A stretch of DNA of 64,000 nt, taken from NCBI GenBank assembly GCA_040876265.1, contig JBBDPN010000001.1, positions 374,208 through 438,207 on the forward strand. Direction: 5' to 3'. The notes under the pieces were generated by a model that was given only the letters and a program-made list of their open reading frames with translations, ran no database searches and had not been told where the DNA came from. The translations under genes and the position numbers were made by a program. The stretch comes from Candidatus Woykebacteria bacterium. GTDB taxonomy: Bacteria; Patescibacteriota; Microgenomatia; Woykebacterales; RBG-16-39-9b. This document shows positions 19,332 through 28,831 of this stretch, one piece after another (the first letter of the stretch is position 1; each line of letters opens with the position of its first letter).

Positions 19332-20697
19332 ATTACCGTCCTCTTTCCGCGACCCAAGCGGCTTTTTATTTGAAAAAGACGAGGAACTTTTCCGCCAAAT
19401 AAATGAGGGCTACAAAGATAGCTTTGAACTGCTGAATAGATCTGGCCTCTACAAGAGTCTGGTCGAAGAAGAATCCCTCATCCCTCACCGAGAAGTCAAC
19501 AAAAACGAAGCTTTTAACTCTGACGCCTACAAAGTAATCCAACCGGAGAAAGTGCCTTTTGTCTCTTACCCTTACGAATGGAGTTTTAGCCAACTAAAGG
19601 ACGCTGCACTTAAAACCTTGGAGATCCAAAAAACTGCGCTTGAATACGACATGATCTTAAAGGATGCCACTGCATTTAATATCCAATTTCTAAAGGGCAA
19701 ACCTATATTAATTGATACCCTATCCTTTGATACATTTGACGAGAAGCCCTGGGTAGCTTACAAACAATTTTGCCAGCACTTCCTAGCACCGTTGGCTCTT
19801 GCGGCTTACGTTGATATAAATCTGATGAAGCTCACTGAGATTTTTATTGATGGCGTACCTTTGGATCTCACTTCAAAACTTTTGCCGATGAGAACCAAAA
19901 TTAAACCCTCGCTGCTAATACATCTTCATCTTCACGCCTCTAGTCAAAAAAGATACGCCGACAAAGGTATAAAAAAACAAGAAGCAAGAACTAAGTTTTC
20001 TAAGAGATCCATGCTTGGGATAATTGATAGTCTTGAGGGTGCAATAAAAGGATTGAAGTGGAAACCAAGGAACACCGAGTGGGCCGATTATTATGAGGGT
20101 AAGTTAAACTATCTACCGGCTTCCTTACGAAACAAAGCAAATTTGGTCGAAGAATTTCTAACAGTCGCAAAACCACAAAACGTTTGGGACTTGGGCGCTA
20201 ACACCGGACTTTTTAGCCGAATAGCCGCCGATAAAGGAATTTTTACCGTATCCTCGGACATAGACCCAGCCGCAGTTGAAATGAATTTTAAAACAGTAAA
20301 AGAGAAAGGTGAGAAAAATATCCTGCCCCTTTGGATAGATCTAACCAATCCAAGCCCAAATCTTGGTTGGCAAAATAAAGAGCGTGACTCATTTTTGGAA
20401 AGAGGCCCAGCTGATACTATTCTTGCCCTAGCCTTGGTACATCACTTAGCAATATCCAACAACTTACCTTTCGAAAAATTAGCACCGTTTTTCAGAAAAC
20501 TTTGCAAATCGTTAATTATAGAATTTGTACCAAAGGAAGACAGCCAAGTTCAGAAATTACTGGCCAGTCGCGAAGATATATTTCCAGATTACAAAAAAGA
20601 GAAATTTGAAGAGGAATTTCGTAATTATTTCACAATTAAAAAAACCGCTGCTATCAAGGATAGTAAACGAACACTTTATCTGATGTTAAATAAGTAA
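19318..20697 (+). CDS. Class I SAM-dependent methyltransferase with N-terminal domain of unknown function
   Basis: The C-terminal VWDLGANTGLFSRIAA (motif I) plus VSSDIDPAAV (post-I acidic residue) is the Rossmann MTase signature. The N-terminal ~290 aa is unrecognised. The start may be 19279 or 19318. Confidence 0.55.
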   Translation: MPKSRLPSSFRDPSGFLFEKDEELFRQINEGYKDSFELLNRSGLYKSLVEEESLIPHREVNKNEAFNSDAYKVIQPEKVPFVSYPYEWSFSQLKDAALKTLEIQKTALEYDMILKDATAFNIQFLKGKPILIDTLSFDTFDEKPWVAYKQFCQHFLAPLALAAYVDINLMKLTEIFIDGVPLDLTSKLLPMRTKIKPSLLIHLHLHASSQKRYADKGIKKQEARTKFSKRSMLGIIDSLEGAIKGLKWKPRNTEWADYYEGKLNYLPASLRNKANLVEEFLTVAKPQNVWDLGANTGLFSRIAADKGIFTVSSDIDPAAVEMNFKTVKEKGEKNILPLWIDLTNPSPNLGWQNKERDSFLERGPADTILALALVHHLAISNNLPFEKLAPFFRKLCKSLIIEFVPKEDSQVQKLLASREDIFPDYKKEKFEEEFRNYFTIKKTAAIKDSKRTLYLMLNK

Positions 20698-20698
20698 T

Positions 20699-22249
20699 AT
20701 GGCAAAAAAGAAGCAGCAAAAATCCCTTGTCCCTATAAAAATCGACTTCTCTTATCCCTACTACTTCCTTTTGTTGGCTGTTTACCCAATAATTTTTTTA
20801 TACACAAATAATCTTGAGGAAGTTTATCTTGAGCAGATTTTACCTCCGCTAGTTCTATCTTTAACTGTTTCAGTTTTTACATTCCTAATACTGGTCTTCT
20901 TCCTAAAGAGCCGACAAAAAGCAGCCTTGATTACATCGTTGTTATTCGTCGTTTTTTTCAGTTACGGTCATGTATTTTCAATTGTAGATGGGCTCAAAAT
21001 TCTAGGTCTTCAGGTGGGGAGGAATAAATTTTTACTACCACTTTCCTTAACCCTAATAATTGTTGTTTCTCTTTTTATATTAAGGACAAAAGTAAAGCTG
21101 GAAAATATCACCAAAGGTTTGAACGTGGCCCTGGTAGCCCTTCTACTTTTGGCTGCACTTAACTTCATCTTATTTTCACTAGAAAACGGGGTGAGGATAA
21201 AAGAGGAACAGGATGCCAACCAACCTTTCTCCAGTACCAAAAATGGTAAAGATAAACCAGATATCTATTACATAATTCTAGATGGTTACACCCGAGCTGA
21301 TATTCTCCAAACGGTCCATAAGTTTGATAACAGCGAATTTATAGACTTTTTAAAAAACAAAGGTTTCTACGTCGTCGATAAAAGTCGCAGCAACTATTCT
21401 TTGAGTCTACTTTCACTTTCTTCCTCCTTGAATATGCGTTACCTAGATGATTTAGCCCAAAAAGATATTTCCGAAACCAAAAAGCGAGATCTTGGAATTG
21501 AAATGATCCGACATAACAAAGTCGCGAAGTTGCTACGCTCGAAAGGGTATAAAATTATCAATATTGGAACTGGGTGGGGAGCCACGGATAAAAATCCTTA
21601 CGCTGACAGCGTCCATCATTACCGACAAAGAAGTGAGTTTACGAAAATTATTTTCCAAACCACCATGTTGGTTGCCCTTGAGAGATTTCAGCTGGGAGAT
21701 GCGGACTCAATCTTATTTGCTTTTGAAAAACTTAAACAGATTACAGAAGATGAGGAACCAACTTTTACATTTGCCCACATAGTTTCGCCCCACCCACCAT
21801 ATTTATTTGATCGCAGCGGTAGAAAATTAAAAAACTATTCAAAAAGTTTCAACGAGGCTGGGTCCTGGGAACAGAGGGATAAATACATAGATCAGCTTAT
21901 ATTTATAAATAAAAAAACGATAGACGTAGTTGAAACAATATTGACTAAATCAACATTTGATCCGATCATAATCATTCAAGGCGATCATGGAACCGGATCC
22001 TTGGGATCTACCGACCTTGAGAAGGTAAGTTTAGATAAATTAAATGAACGTATAAGCAATCTAAACGTATATTATTTTCCAAACGGAGGGGACAAAACAC
22101 TTTACGAAACTATCACCCCGGTAAATTCCTTTAGAAAAATGTTTAATTTTTATTTTGATAGCCGCTATAAAATATTAGAGGATAAATCTTTTTATTCCCA
22201 GTATCGAAAATACTTTGAATTTCGGTTGGTACCAAAGAAAAGCTTATAA
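20699..22249 (+). CDS. Membrane-anchored sulfatase/alkaline-phosphatase-superfamily enzyme, LtaS-like (paralog 1)
   Basis: The 516-aa protein has 5 N-terminal TM helices. The extracytoplasmic domain has IYYIILDGYTRADIL (sulfatase N-motif), the YSLSLLSLSSSLN nucleophile region and HIVSPHPPYLFD (H-x-x-P-H-x-P-Y). Confidence 0.6.
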   Translation: MAKKKQQKSLVPIKIDFSYPYYFLLLAVYPIIFLYTNNLEEVYLEQILPPLVLSLTVSVFTFLILVFFLKSRQKAALITSLLFVVFFSYGHVFSIVDGLKILGLQVGRNKFLLPLSLTLIIVVSLFILRTKVKLENITKGLNVALVALLLLAALNFILFSLENGVRIKEEQDANQPFSSTKNGKDKPDIYYIILDGYTRADILQTVHKFDNSEFIDFLKNKGFYVVDKSRSNYSLSLLSLSSSLNMRYLDDLAQKDISETKKRDLGIEMIRHNKVAKLLRSKGYKIINIGTGWGATDKNPYADSVHHYRQRSEFTKIIFQTTMLVALERFQLGDADSILFAFEKLKQITEDEEPTFTFAHIVSPHPPYLFDRSGRKLKNYSKSFNEAGSWEQRDKYIDQLIFINKKTIDVVETILTKSTFDPIIIIQGDHGTGSLGSTDLEKVSLDKLNERISNLNVYYFPNGGDKTLYETITPVNSFRKMFNFYFDSRYKILEDKSFYSQYRKYFEFRLVPKKSL

Positions 22250-22251
22250 TC

Positions 22252-23805
22252 ATGATGAGGTTATTTAAAAAACATCCGATACACATATTATTTTTCTCGG
22301 TTTTCCCCGTTCTTTTTTTCTTTTCAAACAATATCAGGGAGACGACTCTAAGCAAAACAATGCTGCCTCTTTCGGTGACTTTTATTTCAGTGGGTATTTT
22401 ATTCTTTATATTTCGAAGAATAACAAAGAGCGTTCAAAAAGCTGGCATTATAGTTTCTATCTTCGTTTTTCTTTTCTTCTCTTTCGGCCATTTCACAAAT
22501 TTCCTGGTAGATATGTTTAATAACTTCGCTTTAAATTTTGAAGTATTAGTTATTTCGGTCTGGCTGTTACTTTTTACGGCGGCGACATATATTATCGTCA
22601 GATCCAAGGTAAATTTTTCTAGATTAACGCAAACTCTAAACGTTATTTCCCTAGCTCTTGTATCAATTTCTTTAATCAACATCGCCTATTACGAAATAAG
22701 ATCCGGTCGACTTTTTGCCTCTCAGAAACCTTCGGAGGTGGAAGAGCTTGCGAAAACTACAAAACCCCTGGAACCTCTACGTGATATCTATTACATTGTT
22801 CCCGATAGATACGCAAATCAAAATGCTCTAAAAGAGTATTACCAGTACGACAACTCAGAATTCATAAAATTCTTGGAAAGTAAGGATTTTTACGTAGCCG
22901 CAGACAGCTTCACCAACTACTCCAAGACTTTTACTTCACTTGCCTCTTCTTTAAACATGGAATATCTGGACTTTCTAACACAAGCTTACCCAGATACAGA
23001 CGATTGGTCGGTTGTTTACCCACTGATAGAAGAAAATAAAGTTCAGCGTTTTTTACAGAACCTAGGTTACAAATTTATTTACTTTGGCGATTGGTGGGAA
23101 CCAACAAGAGTCAACAGGTTTGCAGATCAAAACATCAACTATCATGGCACCGGTATCTTGGATGAGTTTACCAGTAAGCTGTTGGAGACTACTCTCGCTT
23201 ATCCTCTAATTCGAAACAATGAAGAATGGCTGGAAAAGGTGAGGAACGGCCACGAATTTAAATTTGAACAATTGGAAAAGGTCGCGGAGGAACCTGGGCC
23301 AAAGTTTGTTTTTGTCCACATGCTACTGCCCCATGATCCTTACGTATTCGATGAGGATTGTAACAAGGTCGAAGAGGAGATCGAGGTTGGCAGCAGAGAG
23401 GCTGAAAAAGCATATGTAAAACAACTAAAATGCACGAATAGTAAATTTGAGACACTCCTGGGTGATATACTGGCAAACTCGAACCCAGAACCAATTATAA
23501 TATTACAATCCGATGAAGGACCATTTCCGGCTGAATTTGGCGGTGTAAGAGGCGGAATTGATTGGACAGATTTGAGTAGAGAAGCATTGCGGTCCCACAT
23601 GCTTATTTTAAATGCCTATCACCTCCCTGAGTTTGAAAACAAAGAAAAACTTCTTCAGCCTTCTATATCCCCAGTAAACTCTTTTAGAATTGTTTTTAAC
23701 CATTATTTCAATACAAATCTTGAGATACTTCCTGACAAAAGCTTCATCTTCGCCCATATAGAAAGACCATACGATTTCATTGATGTGACCGGCAAGCTAA
23801 AGTAA
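22252..23805 (+). CDS. Membrane-anchored sulfatase/alkaline-phosphatase-superfamily enzyme, LtaS-like (paralog 2)
   Basis: Tandem paralog of the previous gene with the same architecture: IYYIVPDRYANQNAL, YSKTFTSLASSLN, HMLLPHDPYVFD. The two genes are 2 nt apart. Confidence 0.6.
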   Translation: MMRLFKKHPIHILFFSVFPVLFFFSNNIRETTLSKTMLPLSVTFISVGILFFIFRRITKSVQKAGIIVSIFVFLFFSFGHFTNFLVDMFNNFALNFEVLVISVWLLLFTAATYIIVRSKVNFSRLTQTLNVISLALVSISLINIAYYEIRSGRLFASQKPSEVEELAKTTKPLEPLRDIYYIVPDRYANQNALKEYYQYDNSEFIKFLESKDFYVAADSFTNYSKTFTSLASSLNMEYLDFLTQAYPDTDDWSVVYPLIEENKVQRFLQNLGYKFIYFGDWWEPTRVNRFADQNINYHGTGILDEFTSKLLETTLAYPLIRNNEEWLEKVRNGHEFKFEQLEKVAEEPGPKFVFVHMLLPHDPYVFDEDCNKVEEEIEVGSREAEKAYVKQLKCTNSKFETLLGDILANSNPEPIIILQSDEGPFPAEFGGVRGGIDWTDLSREALRSHMLILNAYHLPEFENKEKLLQPSISPVNSFRIVFNHYFNTNLEILPDKSFIFAHIERPYDFIDVTGKLK

Positions 23806-23977
23806 TATAGCTAGGCATTAAGATACCTAGCGCAGGACGCGAGAGTACCTGAATAATCGATCAGCTGTGAAGATTATGAAGTTACTTAGCGGTCTATTTT
23901 ACAGTAACTGATTTTGCTAGGTTTCGAGGTTTTAGTGCATGAAATGCCCGCAAAACGCAGAATTTGGCATTCAATAA

Positions 23978-25735
23978 CTACTTTACAGTAACACTCTTTG
24001 CCAAATTCCGCGGTTTATCCGGATCATAACCTTTCTCAAGGGCTAAAAAGTACGCAAATAGTTGAGCGGGGACTACCATTGGTATAGCAGAGGCATCACC
24101 AACATCTTTAACCTCTACCCAATAGTCAAAAGCTTCCGATTTTTTAGGCCCAACACCAATGATCACCCCTCCGCGAGATTTGATTTCAATCGCATTGGAA
24201 ATAATTGCCTCGTATGTTTCGTCATCTGGAGCGTAAACCAAGCACGGCGTCCCGGCACTTACAAGAGCAATCGTACCGTGTTTTAACTCTCCACCAGCTA
24301 ACCCTTCGGTGTGAATATAGCTTACTTCTTTTATTTTCAAAGCTGATTCCAAAGCCGTTGGATAAGAAACCCCTCGGCCTATCGTATAAATATGCTCAGA
24401 CTTGGATAAAATTTTAACAATTTTTTTAATTTTCTCTATATTTTCACTTTTTAGCAACCTTTCAACCTCTTTAGCAGCGGCCAGCAAAAGCTTTTTTGCT
24501 TTTTCTACCCTACCAACCAAAGAATAACTGACCATCAGTAAAAAAGCGATTTTTGCTACGTAAGCTTTTGTGGAAGCCACACCAATTTCCGGGCCGGCTC
24601 CAAGGAGAACCTTGGTATCACCCATCCGATAAATAGTTGACCCTAAGCTATTTACCACTGAGGCTATTTTTGCACGCTTTTTCTTTGCTCGAGTCAAGGG
24701 CTCAACAACATCAATGGTTTCCCCACTTTGGGAAAGGGCGATTACCAGACTTTGCTTTGTCAAAAAATCTTCCAAGTAATTAAACTCGCTGGCCACAGCT
24801 GTATTTACGTGGCGATCCGCGATTTTGGAAAAAAGATAAGTACCAGCCAGACAGGCATGGAAGGCAGTACCTGAGGCTATAAAAAACGTACCCCTCGCCT
24901 GTTTTATCTCGGCAGCCAATTTTGAAGCAGGTTTTTCCAGACTTTCCGCGCTATATCTTACCACTCGCGATTGCTCATATATTTCTTTGATCATAAAATG
25001 AGGATATTTTCCGGCAGAAGATTGAGTATACTCCCACTCAAGTATTTGTGGGTCGGCCTTTACTTTTTTCAAGTTTTTTAGTGTATAAACCTCTATCCCC
25101 TGTTCGTCCATAAGAGCCGCTTGACCATCCTCAAGAAAGATTACTTTTTTTGTATGAGGCAGCAGTGCGGCCGGATCTGAAGAAAGAAAGTAGGCGCCTT
25201 TTCCCAGCCCCAAACAAATTGGCGAACCGTTTTTTACTACCACCACCTGACCGTCGAAAGAGAGAACAGCAATAGCATTCAAACCTTCTAGTTTTTTGAA
25301 CGCAGCCGCCACCGCCTCCAACAACTTTTTATTTTTCAACTCTTCTTCAACCAAGTGAGTAATGATCTCGGTATCAGTTTCGGACTTAATTTTGTGGGAT
25401 TTAGAAAGGCGATTTTTAATCTCCTGGAAATTCTCTACTATCCCATTGTGCACAAGTGCAATTTTTTTATCACAAGAAAGGTGAGGATGAGCGTTCTCAT
25501 CAGTTACCCCACCGTGAGTCGCCCACCTGGTATGACCTATTCCAAAACTTGATAGGGGTAGATGAGTGGTGGCCGTGCCTATTTTCCCGATATGTTTTTC
25601 AAAATCTATCCCTCGCCCATTTCCCACAGCGACGCCCCAAGAGTCATAACCTCTGTACTCCAAGGTTTTTAAGCCGTCCAGAATAGTCTGGGCCGCGCCA
25701 TTTTTATTACCAACAATTCCGAATATCCCACACAT
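23978..25735 (-). CDS. glmS: Glutamine--fructose-6-phosphate aminotransferase
   Basis: MCGIFGIVG (N-terminal catalytic Cys), GHTRWATHG and two C-terminal SIS domains. The start is trimmed to MCGIF; the track ORF runs to 25804. Confidence 0.9.
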   Translation of the reverse strand: MCGIFGIVGNKNGAAQTILDGLKTLEYRGYDSWGVAVGNGRGIDFEKHIGKIGTATTHLPLSSFGIGHTRWATHGGVTDENAHPHLSCDKKIALVHNGIVENFQEIKNRLSKSHKIKSETDTEIITHLVEEELKNKKLLEAVAAAFKKLEGLNAIAVLSFDGQVVVVKNGSPICLGLGKGAYFLSSDPAALLPHTKKVIFLEDGQAALMDEQGIEVYTLKNLKKVKADPQILEWEYTQSSAGKYPHFMIKEIYEQSRVVRYSAESLEKPASKLAAEIKQARGTFFIASGTAFHACLAGTYLFSKIADRHVNTAVASEFNYLEDFLTKQSLVIALSQSGETIDVVEPLTRAKKKRAKIASVVNSLGSTIYRMGDTKVLLGAGPEIGVASTKAYVAKIAFLLMVSYSLVGRVEKAKKLLLAAAKEVERLLKSENIEKIKKIVKILSKSEHIYTIGRGVSYPTALESALKIKEVSYIHTEGLAGGELKHGTIALVSAGTPCLVYAPDDETYEAIISNAIEIKSRGGVIIGVGPKKSEAFDYWVEVKDVGDASAIPMVVPAQLFAYFLALEKGYDPDKPRNLAKSVTVK

Positions 25736-25736
25736 T

Positions 25737-26771
25737 TTATTTTGTCGAAATATCAATGATGATCCTGGCCAACTTACCCGAGTCATGCCGCAGAAGAGTG
25801 CCACCTGTAGCTAGAGCTTTAGCAATCACATTTTTAACCAGTTTTTTAGTCGCCTCAATATCAGCTACCACAGGATAGGCTTTCTCCTTTTCGTATCTTT
25901 TAACAAGTTTTTCTGGAAGATTATTTTTATTAATAACCGCGTAATCCAGCTTTCCTTCCTCAAGGTACGTACGAATTTCTTTGATAAAGTCGCTGGCTTT
26001 AAAATTATCACTTTCGCCGTGCTTGGTCATCAAATTACATACATATACCTTTTTTGCTCTGGAGTAATTTATAGAATCTACCACACCATCTACTAGGAGA
26101 TTTGGAATAATGCTTGTGTACAGATCTCCGGGCCCAAGAACGATTACGTCGGCAGTTTCAATTTCCCGAAGTACCTCTGGGTATGCATACGCTTTAGGGT
26201 CAAGATAGACGTAATCGATTTTTACTTCTGGCTTTTCTTTACGAACATCAATGTTTGCCTCGCCGACTATCTCACTACCATCTTCTAGTCTGGCCACCAG
26301 ATTCGAATGTGTCAAAGTCACTGGATACACCTTACCGCGAATTCCAAGTATCCTTCCGGCTTCAATGATGGCTTTGTCAATACCTCCCGTAATTTCGGTT
26401 AGAGCGGTAATAAACAAATTACCAAATGAATGCCCCTCCAACCCTCCCCCCTTGGCAAATCGATAATTAAAAAGTTGCCGCAGCGTCAGTGAGGATCGAT
26501 CATCTGGAGAAAGAGCAACCAGCGCCTGCCGTAAATCACCTGGGGGGAGGTGGCCAAACTCATCACGAAGTCGGCCTGAGCTACCACCCGAATCTACAGT
26601 AGTCACAATGGCTACAATATTATTGTTATAACGGCGAAGCCCTCTAAGAAGATTGAATATTCCGGTGCCACCACCAAAAATCACAATTTTTGGCTGGGGG
26701 CGACCATTACCTTGCCTGCTTTCCCGCTTCATAGTGTTTAAGGCGAGCAGATAATAGGCAAATTCTAGCAA
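25737..26771 (-). CDS. yvcK: Gluconeogenesis factor / UPF0052 (YvcK/CofD-like)
   Basis: KIVIFGGGTGIFNLLRGLRRY and VTTVDSGGSSGRLRDEFG are YvcK family motifs. The gene is immediately upstream of glmS. Confidence 0.75.
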   Translation of the reverse strand: MLEFAYYLLALNTMKRESRQGNGRPQPKIVIFGGGTGIFNLLRGLRRYNNNIVAIVTTVDSGGSSGRLRDEFGHLPPGDLRQALVALSPDDRSSLTLRQLFNYRFAKGGGLEGHSFGNLFITALTEITGGIDKAIIEAGRILGIRGKVYPVTLTHSNLVARLEDGSEIVGEANIDVRKEKPEVKIDYVYLDPKAYAYPEVLREIETADVIVLGPGDLYTSIIPNLLVDGVVDSINYSRAKKVYVCNLMTKHGESDNFKASDFIKEIRTYLEEGKLDYAVINKNNLPEKLVKRYEKEKAYPVVADIEATKKLVKNVIAKALATGGTLLRHDSGKLARIIIDISTK

Positions 26772-26819
26772 ACAGGTGAGATAATATCAAGTAAAGCTAG
26801 CAAGCAAACGGTTTTGTTC

Positions 26820-27737
26820 CTAAGACAAAGTCTTAAAAAATTCAACGGTTCTTGTTAAACCTTGCTCGAAAGAAACTTTTGCTTTCCAACCTAGTTCTTG
26901 ATGAATTTTATTGTTACTTGTATAGAGACTAGGAACGTCTCCTTTCCTTTCCCCCAGATCGTCAATTGGGACCCTGTAACCAATTATTTTAAAAATCTTC
27001 TCAACCAAATCTATGATCTTTGTCCCGCTACCCGTCCCAACATTGTAAACGTGGTATCCCTCTACTTCAAGGGCAGCTAAGTGAGCGCTGGCCAAATCTT
27101 CAACGTAAATAAAGTCTCTTATCTGTTCTCCTTTCCAGTAGAGTGGGATCGGTTTTTCCGCCAGGGTGGATTTAATAAAATTTGGTACGGCGTGAGTTTC
27201 TGGATCGTGTAACTCATTTGGACCGTAAGGGTTAAAATAGCGCAAAATAACGGCGTTTAACCCAGATTCTTCTTGCTCCTTCATAATTAGTTTTTCCATC
27301 TCTATCTTTGTCTCACCGTAAGGATTAGTTGCTTTTTTTACTGGCGATTCTTCGGTAAGAGGAAGTTTATCCGGATCTCCGTAAACTGTTGCCGAAGATG
27401 AAAAAACGAGTTTTTTCACCCCCGCCTCCTTCATTGCCTCCAATAAAACCTCGCTCCCCTTTACGTTATTTTGGTGGTAGAGATCTGGTTTTTCGACGCT
27501 TTCGGGAACAACAATAAAGGCAGCCATGTGGATGACAGTGTCTACATTTCCCAGCGCCTGCGCCAATTTATCTTTTTCTAAGACGGAGCCATGAATAAAG
27601 ACCGCGCGTGGATCCACTAATTTCTTAAACCCACGGCTTAAGTTGTCATAGACGACAGTTTCATAACCCTTATCAAGCAGCTGTTTTGTAACGTGGGAAC
27701 CGATGAACCCGGCCCCACCAGTAACGAGAATTTTCAT
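26820..27737 (-). CDS. galE: UDP-glucose 4-epimerase-like NAD-dependent epimerase
   Basis: MKILVTGGAGFIGSH plus the YxxxK catalytic region. Length is 305 aa. Confidence 0.8.
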   Translation of the reverse strand: MKILVTGGAGFIGSHVTKQLLDKGYETVVYDNLSRGFKKLVDPRAVFIHGSVLEKDKLAQALGNVDTVIHMAAFIVVPESVEKPDLYHQNNVKGSEVLLEAMKEAGVKKLVFSSSATVYGDPDKLPLTEESPVKKATNPYGETKIEMEKLIMKEQEESGLNAVILRYFNPYGPNELHDPETHAVPNFIKSTLAEKPIPLYWKGEQIRDFIYVEDLASAHLAALEVEGYHVYNVGTGSGTKIIDLVEKIFKIIGYRVPIDDLGERKGDVPSLYTSNNKIHQELGWKAKVSFEQGLTRTVEFFKTLS

Positions 27738-27746
27738 AAGGAAAGA

Positions 27747-28562
27747 CTATGTTGAAGTTGCTCCCGTCTCCTCGAGCACTTCTCTTTTGGACGAAGCCCT
27801 CAATGCTTTTTTATCAATTCCACCAAAACCTTGTTCAAAGCGAAGTTTCAGGGAGTTCCACATGAACTCGGCTATGTCGCTAGGACCAAGTTTGGTATGA
27901 CCCCAAACTCTCTCTTTGAAATTGATCGGTACCTCTTTTATTTTTGCTCCGGTTACGTAAGCCTTATAAAGTAAATTCATTTGGAAAGAATACCCCCTCA
28001 CCTTTAGTTTGTTTAAATCAATCCTCTCCAAAATCTCTCGTTTAATAGCTCTAAACCCGCTGGTGCAATCGGCCACGTCATCTATCCCAGCCAAGTAACG
28101 GGCAAAACGATTTCCCCACCTGCTATTTATTTTACGAAAAATGTTCCAATTTTTGGGCACCTTACCGCCCCGCACATACCGGCTGCCTATAACAAAGTCG
28201 GAGCCCTTTTCGATCTCAGCCAGCAATTTTGGTAGCTCTAGCGGGTCGTGAGAAAAGTCTGCATCCATTTGGATAATTACATCTGGTTTTAGTTTGTTTA
28301 GGGTAAATTCAAACCCTCTGATATAAGCTGCGCCCAATCCTTCTTTTTTACCCACCAACAACTGAACCTTACTCTTTCCTCGATTGCCCAATTGCCCGAT
28401 AGTTTTTTTAACTACAAGCGCTGTTCCATCCGGACTACTATCATCTACCACGATAATACGTAATTTGTGAGGAGTTTTTTCGAACAGATCAAGTATTTGT
28501 GAAATTAGAGGCCCAATATTTCCGCGTTCTTTATAGGTAGGAATAACGATTGAAACCAGCAC
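27747..28562 (-). CDS. GT2 polyprenyl-phosphate glycosyltransferase (DPM1/GtrB-like)
   Basis: LVSIVIPTYKERGNI...IIVVDDSSPDGT is the classic GT2 DxD architecture. The start is revised to GTG at 28562 (MLVSIVIPTYKE). The track ORF start at 28712 would translate through a promoter and a terminator-like hairpin. Confidence 0.75.
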   Translation of the reverse strand: MLVSIVIPTYKERGNIGPLISQILDLFEKTPHKLRIIVVDDSSPDGTALVVKKTIGQLGNRGKSKVQLLVGKKEGLGAAYIRGFEFTLNKLKPDVIIQMDADFSHDPLELPKLLAEIEKGSDFVIGSRYVRGGKVPKNWNIFRKINSRWGNRFARYLAGIDDVADCTSGFRAIKREILERIDLNKLKVRGYSFQMNLLYKAYVTGAKIKEVPINFKERVWGHTKLGPSDIAEFMWNSLKLRFEQGFGGIDKKALRASSKREVLEETGATST

Positions 28563-28679
28563 AAGAGGATAATACTCTGGAGTAAATTTTTTGTCAAAAA
28601 CTTTTTGGAAAAATATACCTACAGTCTTTTGTCCACAAATGCCTTGGGGCGTATTTTGTCGTTTCACTCCAAAAAATAA

Positions 28680-28703
28680 CCCCGGCCAAAAAGGTCGGGG
28701 TTT
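28680..28703 (-). terminator. Intrinsic-terminator-like hairpin plus U-tract in the 5' leader of the GT2 gene
   Basis: The minus strand reads CCCCGACC-TTTTT-GGCCGGGG followed by TTATTTTTT. That is an 8-bp GC stem, a 5-nt loop and a U-run. Confidence 0.5.
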
Positions 28704-28720
28704 GGGTAACACCCGCCAAA

Positions 28721-28749
28721 GATATTAACAGCAAAAAAATTTGTGTCAA
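28721..28749 (-). promoter_or_regulatory. Sigma70-like promoter (TTGACA-N16-TAATAT) for the GT2 gene leader
   Basis: On the minus strand, -35 TTGACA is at 28749-28744 and -10 TAATAT at 28727-28722. The predicted TSS is near 28715, so the terminator-like hairpin lies within ~15-40 nt of the TSS. Confidence 0.4.
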
Positions 28750-28765
28750 CCCCCAAAACCGGTCT

Positions 28766-28790
28766 CTAGTTTCTAGTCACTAGGAACTAG
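28766..28790. promoter_or_regulatory. 25-bp near-perfect palindrome CTAGTTTCTAGTcACTAGGAACTAG (candidate operator)
   Basis: Two 12-bp arms match 11/12 around a central base. The sequence contains four CTAG tetramers. It lies between the divergent GT2 promoter and the secA start (ATG at 28832). Confidence 0.4.
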
Positions 28791-28831
28791 TGGTGGATTA
28801 TTTAGCCTCAAAATGGTAAACTAGCTTCTCT

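Noticed and set aside
23806-23977. Possible glmS ribozyme or other riboswitch near glmS
   Set aside because: glmS is on the minus strand and yvcK abuts its start, which leaves no 5' UTR. The 23806-23977 region is 3' of two convergent genes. It contains only a short hairpin (GCTAGG...CCTAGC) and a TTTACAGTAAC direct repeat, with no glmS-ribozyme core.
28563-28712. N-terminal 50 residues of the track ORF for the GT2 gene (MLPKPRPFWPGLFFGVKRQ...)
   Set aside because: This stretch is the translation of a GC hairpin plus U-tract and begins at a predicted TSS. The GT2 fold begins at MLVSIVIPTYKE with a GTG start at 28562.
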